A program made the translations under genes and the position numbers. Of a DNA stretch of 64,000 nucleotides, positions 62,188 to 64,000 are shown piece after piece. The DNA is from Bdellovibrionota bacterium (GTDB lineage: Bacteria; Bdellovibrionota_C; UBA2361; CAKMMH01): contig JBMNLI010000017.1 in NCBI GenBank assembly GCA_050952645.1, positions 288,001-352,000 on the forward strand. The letters run 5' to 3'. The notes beneath the pieces are model-generated. The model saw only the letters and a program-made list of their open reading frames with translations. It was not told the DNA's origin and searched no databases. Positions within the stretch are counted from its first letter, which is position 1; the number at the start of each line of letters is the position of its first letter.

Positions 62188-63725
62188 ATGAAAGAAAAAA
62201 AGCAGACCTAAAACAATTACGATCTCTAGAGATGAAATGAACTTAGCAGAATTTCCATTAGCAGTTCTTTCAACGAGAGTTAATCCTAATATTAAAACTT
62301 TAGAGTTTCAGGATACCATATACACGAAAGATAAAAAACCTATTACTAGAAAATGGATAATAACTGGAGCAGATAAATTTGGACTTCCTACATCTTCAGA
62401 CGATGAGGTTTTAATGGACTTTTAAAACTTACTGCCGATCAAGATTTTAAAAGTCAAAAATAGAGTTTACTAGATATGAACTTTTGAAAGTTTTAAATTG
62501 GACGACTGAGGGAAGAAGCTACACAAGATTACAAAAATCGCTAGATAGGCTAAGTGGTGTAAAATAAAAGCGGCTAATGCATTTTTTGATAATAAAACTA
62601 AAGAGAACTGCACAAAGCTTTTTGGATAATCGATGCTTATGAAATAAACAGTGGGAGAGGAGATCAAACTCAACCTAGTTATTTTATTTGGGGAGAAACT
62701 ATTTTCGATTCATTTCAAAAAGGAAATATAAAAAGATTAGACTTAGATTTTTATTTAAGTTTTAAAAGTGCTATCTCAAAAAGATTGTATCGATATTTAG
62801 ATAAACATTTTTGGCAAACAAATAGAATAGAAATAGATTTATTTAGGTTAGCGTACGAAAAAATAGGGATTAGTAGAAATTTTAAGTATGCAAGTTCCTT
62901 AAAGCAACAATTAGAGCCTGCCATAATGGAATTGCAAGAAAAGAATTTTATAAAAAATTTGAGTTTACAGGAAAGGGGGCCCTTTTCGAAAGTTATATTT
63001 TACAAGACTGGCACTACACAAACTTGTTTAGGGCAGACTTGTTTAAGTGGGGGCTTCTTCAGCGTTAAACAATTTGCAATCTAACGATTCGCAATTGCAA
63101 GAGGTAGAGGCAAGAGTAATCGATATTACGCCTTATGATGCAAACTCTTTTGAGGGAGATAATTTAATTCGGATATAACGCAAAGGCTTCTTTTAAGGGG
63201 GATAAAAGAGGGGCAAATAAAAAAATTATTACGTGGCAAATCTCATAAAAATTTAGTAAAGATATCGAATATAATTTTATATTTTGATGATTTACTAGCT
63301 AGAAAGAGTGTCTTAGTAAGTAGGAGCCCAGTAGGGTTTTTATATAGAGCGGTTGAAAAGGAAGAGCAGTTTTATTTACCTAAAGAATATACTCAAGAGA
63401 AAGGGAAAAAGAAGAATCAAGAAACTAAAGAAAGCAAAAATATCAAGAAAACAAAAAGCGAAGATATTGAAAAATTAAAAAGCATATATCTTGCCGAAAG
63501 AAATAATCAAATAGAAGAAATTAGAACTGAGATGGAGAATAGTGTTTTACAGTCCATAGAAAAAGAGGGCTAGAGAATCTTTAAGTAATATGAAAGGGGG
63601 TTATATCTTCTAAGCATTTTGAAAAGGCTATAATTGACAAGGTAAATGATAAGATTGCTTCTCTTTTTGCATTAGCAGATTTTGATGAATGGCTTCAGGA
63701 AAGAAAAAGTGCAAAAGCGGTTTAG
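62188..63725 (+). pseudogene. Plasmid-type replication initiator protein (RepA-like), frameshifted
   Basis: SRDEMNLAEFPL..RKWIITGADKFGLPTSSDDEVL..LDLDFYLSFKSAISKRLYRYLDKHF..LEPAIMELQEKNFI resembles plasmid Rep proteins; frames broken several times. Confidence 0.75.
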
Positions 63726-63882
63726 CATTTTTTTAAAAATCCCGATAAAAAATGTGATTGACATATAACTGTAAGTGATACAAAATGGTAAGTGTTTTTT
63801 TCTCGTGTAAAAATATAAAAAAAATTTTTAGTTTCAACTTAAAGGTATATGTTTTTAAAAAGATTTTTAAATTGGATAATTT

Positions 63883-64000
63883 ATGTCTGTTTATAAATTG
63901 AATAAAGATTTTACTGCTAAAGAAGTGCAAGCTATTTTAAGAAAACTATCTAAAGGAAAAGAGAAGATAGGTTTAGCGCTTCTTAATTACTATGCTAGGA
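63883..64000 (+). CDS. Partial hypothetical protein running off the window
   Basis: MSVYKLNKDFTAKEVQAILRKLSKGKEKIGLALLNYYAR, open to the window end. Confidence 0.45.
   Translation, partial: MSVYKLNKDFTAKEVQAILRKLSKGKEKIGLALLNYYAR

Noticed and set aside
1224..63930. Numerous 60-150-aa ORFs antisense to or nested in confident genes
   Set aside because: Shadow ORFs with no motifs or RBS, overlapping well-supported CDSs.

Overview
Very AT-rich bacterial DNA in standard genetic code; diderm-type, with flagellar hook, type IV and Tad-type pilin and lipoprotein genes. The taxon cannot be fixed from sequence alone. The backbone is housekeeping: acpP, metG, mnmE, yidC, rnhB, ispA, glycogen and glycosylation genes, an orphan Dam and a decayed BsuBI/PstI-like R-M pair. 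Three regions stand out. (1) At 24.3-39.2 kb, one full-length TadE-like prepilin with a ~330-aa poly-Ser stalk and a Cys-rich tip is followed by three 5'-truncated, mosaic copies of its C-terminal half. Each is convergently paired with a member of a five-gene lipoprotein family. This looks like an expression gene plus silent cassettes for surface variation, or a tip/partner system. (2) At 58.2-63.7 kb, a plasmid-type replication module sits next to core genes: Rep initiator, 22-bp-periodic iterons, a second iteron cluster, divergent parA-parB and two non-canonical parS-like palindromes, with frameshifted reading frames. (3) At 51.4-52.9 kb, two promoter-to-terminator, highly structured non-coding units carry five AGGAGG motifs but no real ORF. 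Also seen: two MITE-like intergenic repeat families, pervasive 13-14-bp tandem duplications and two unannotated small ORFs. All product calls come from motif recognition by eye, not database searches.
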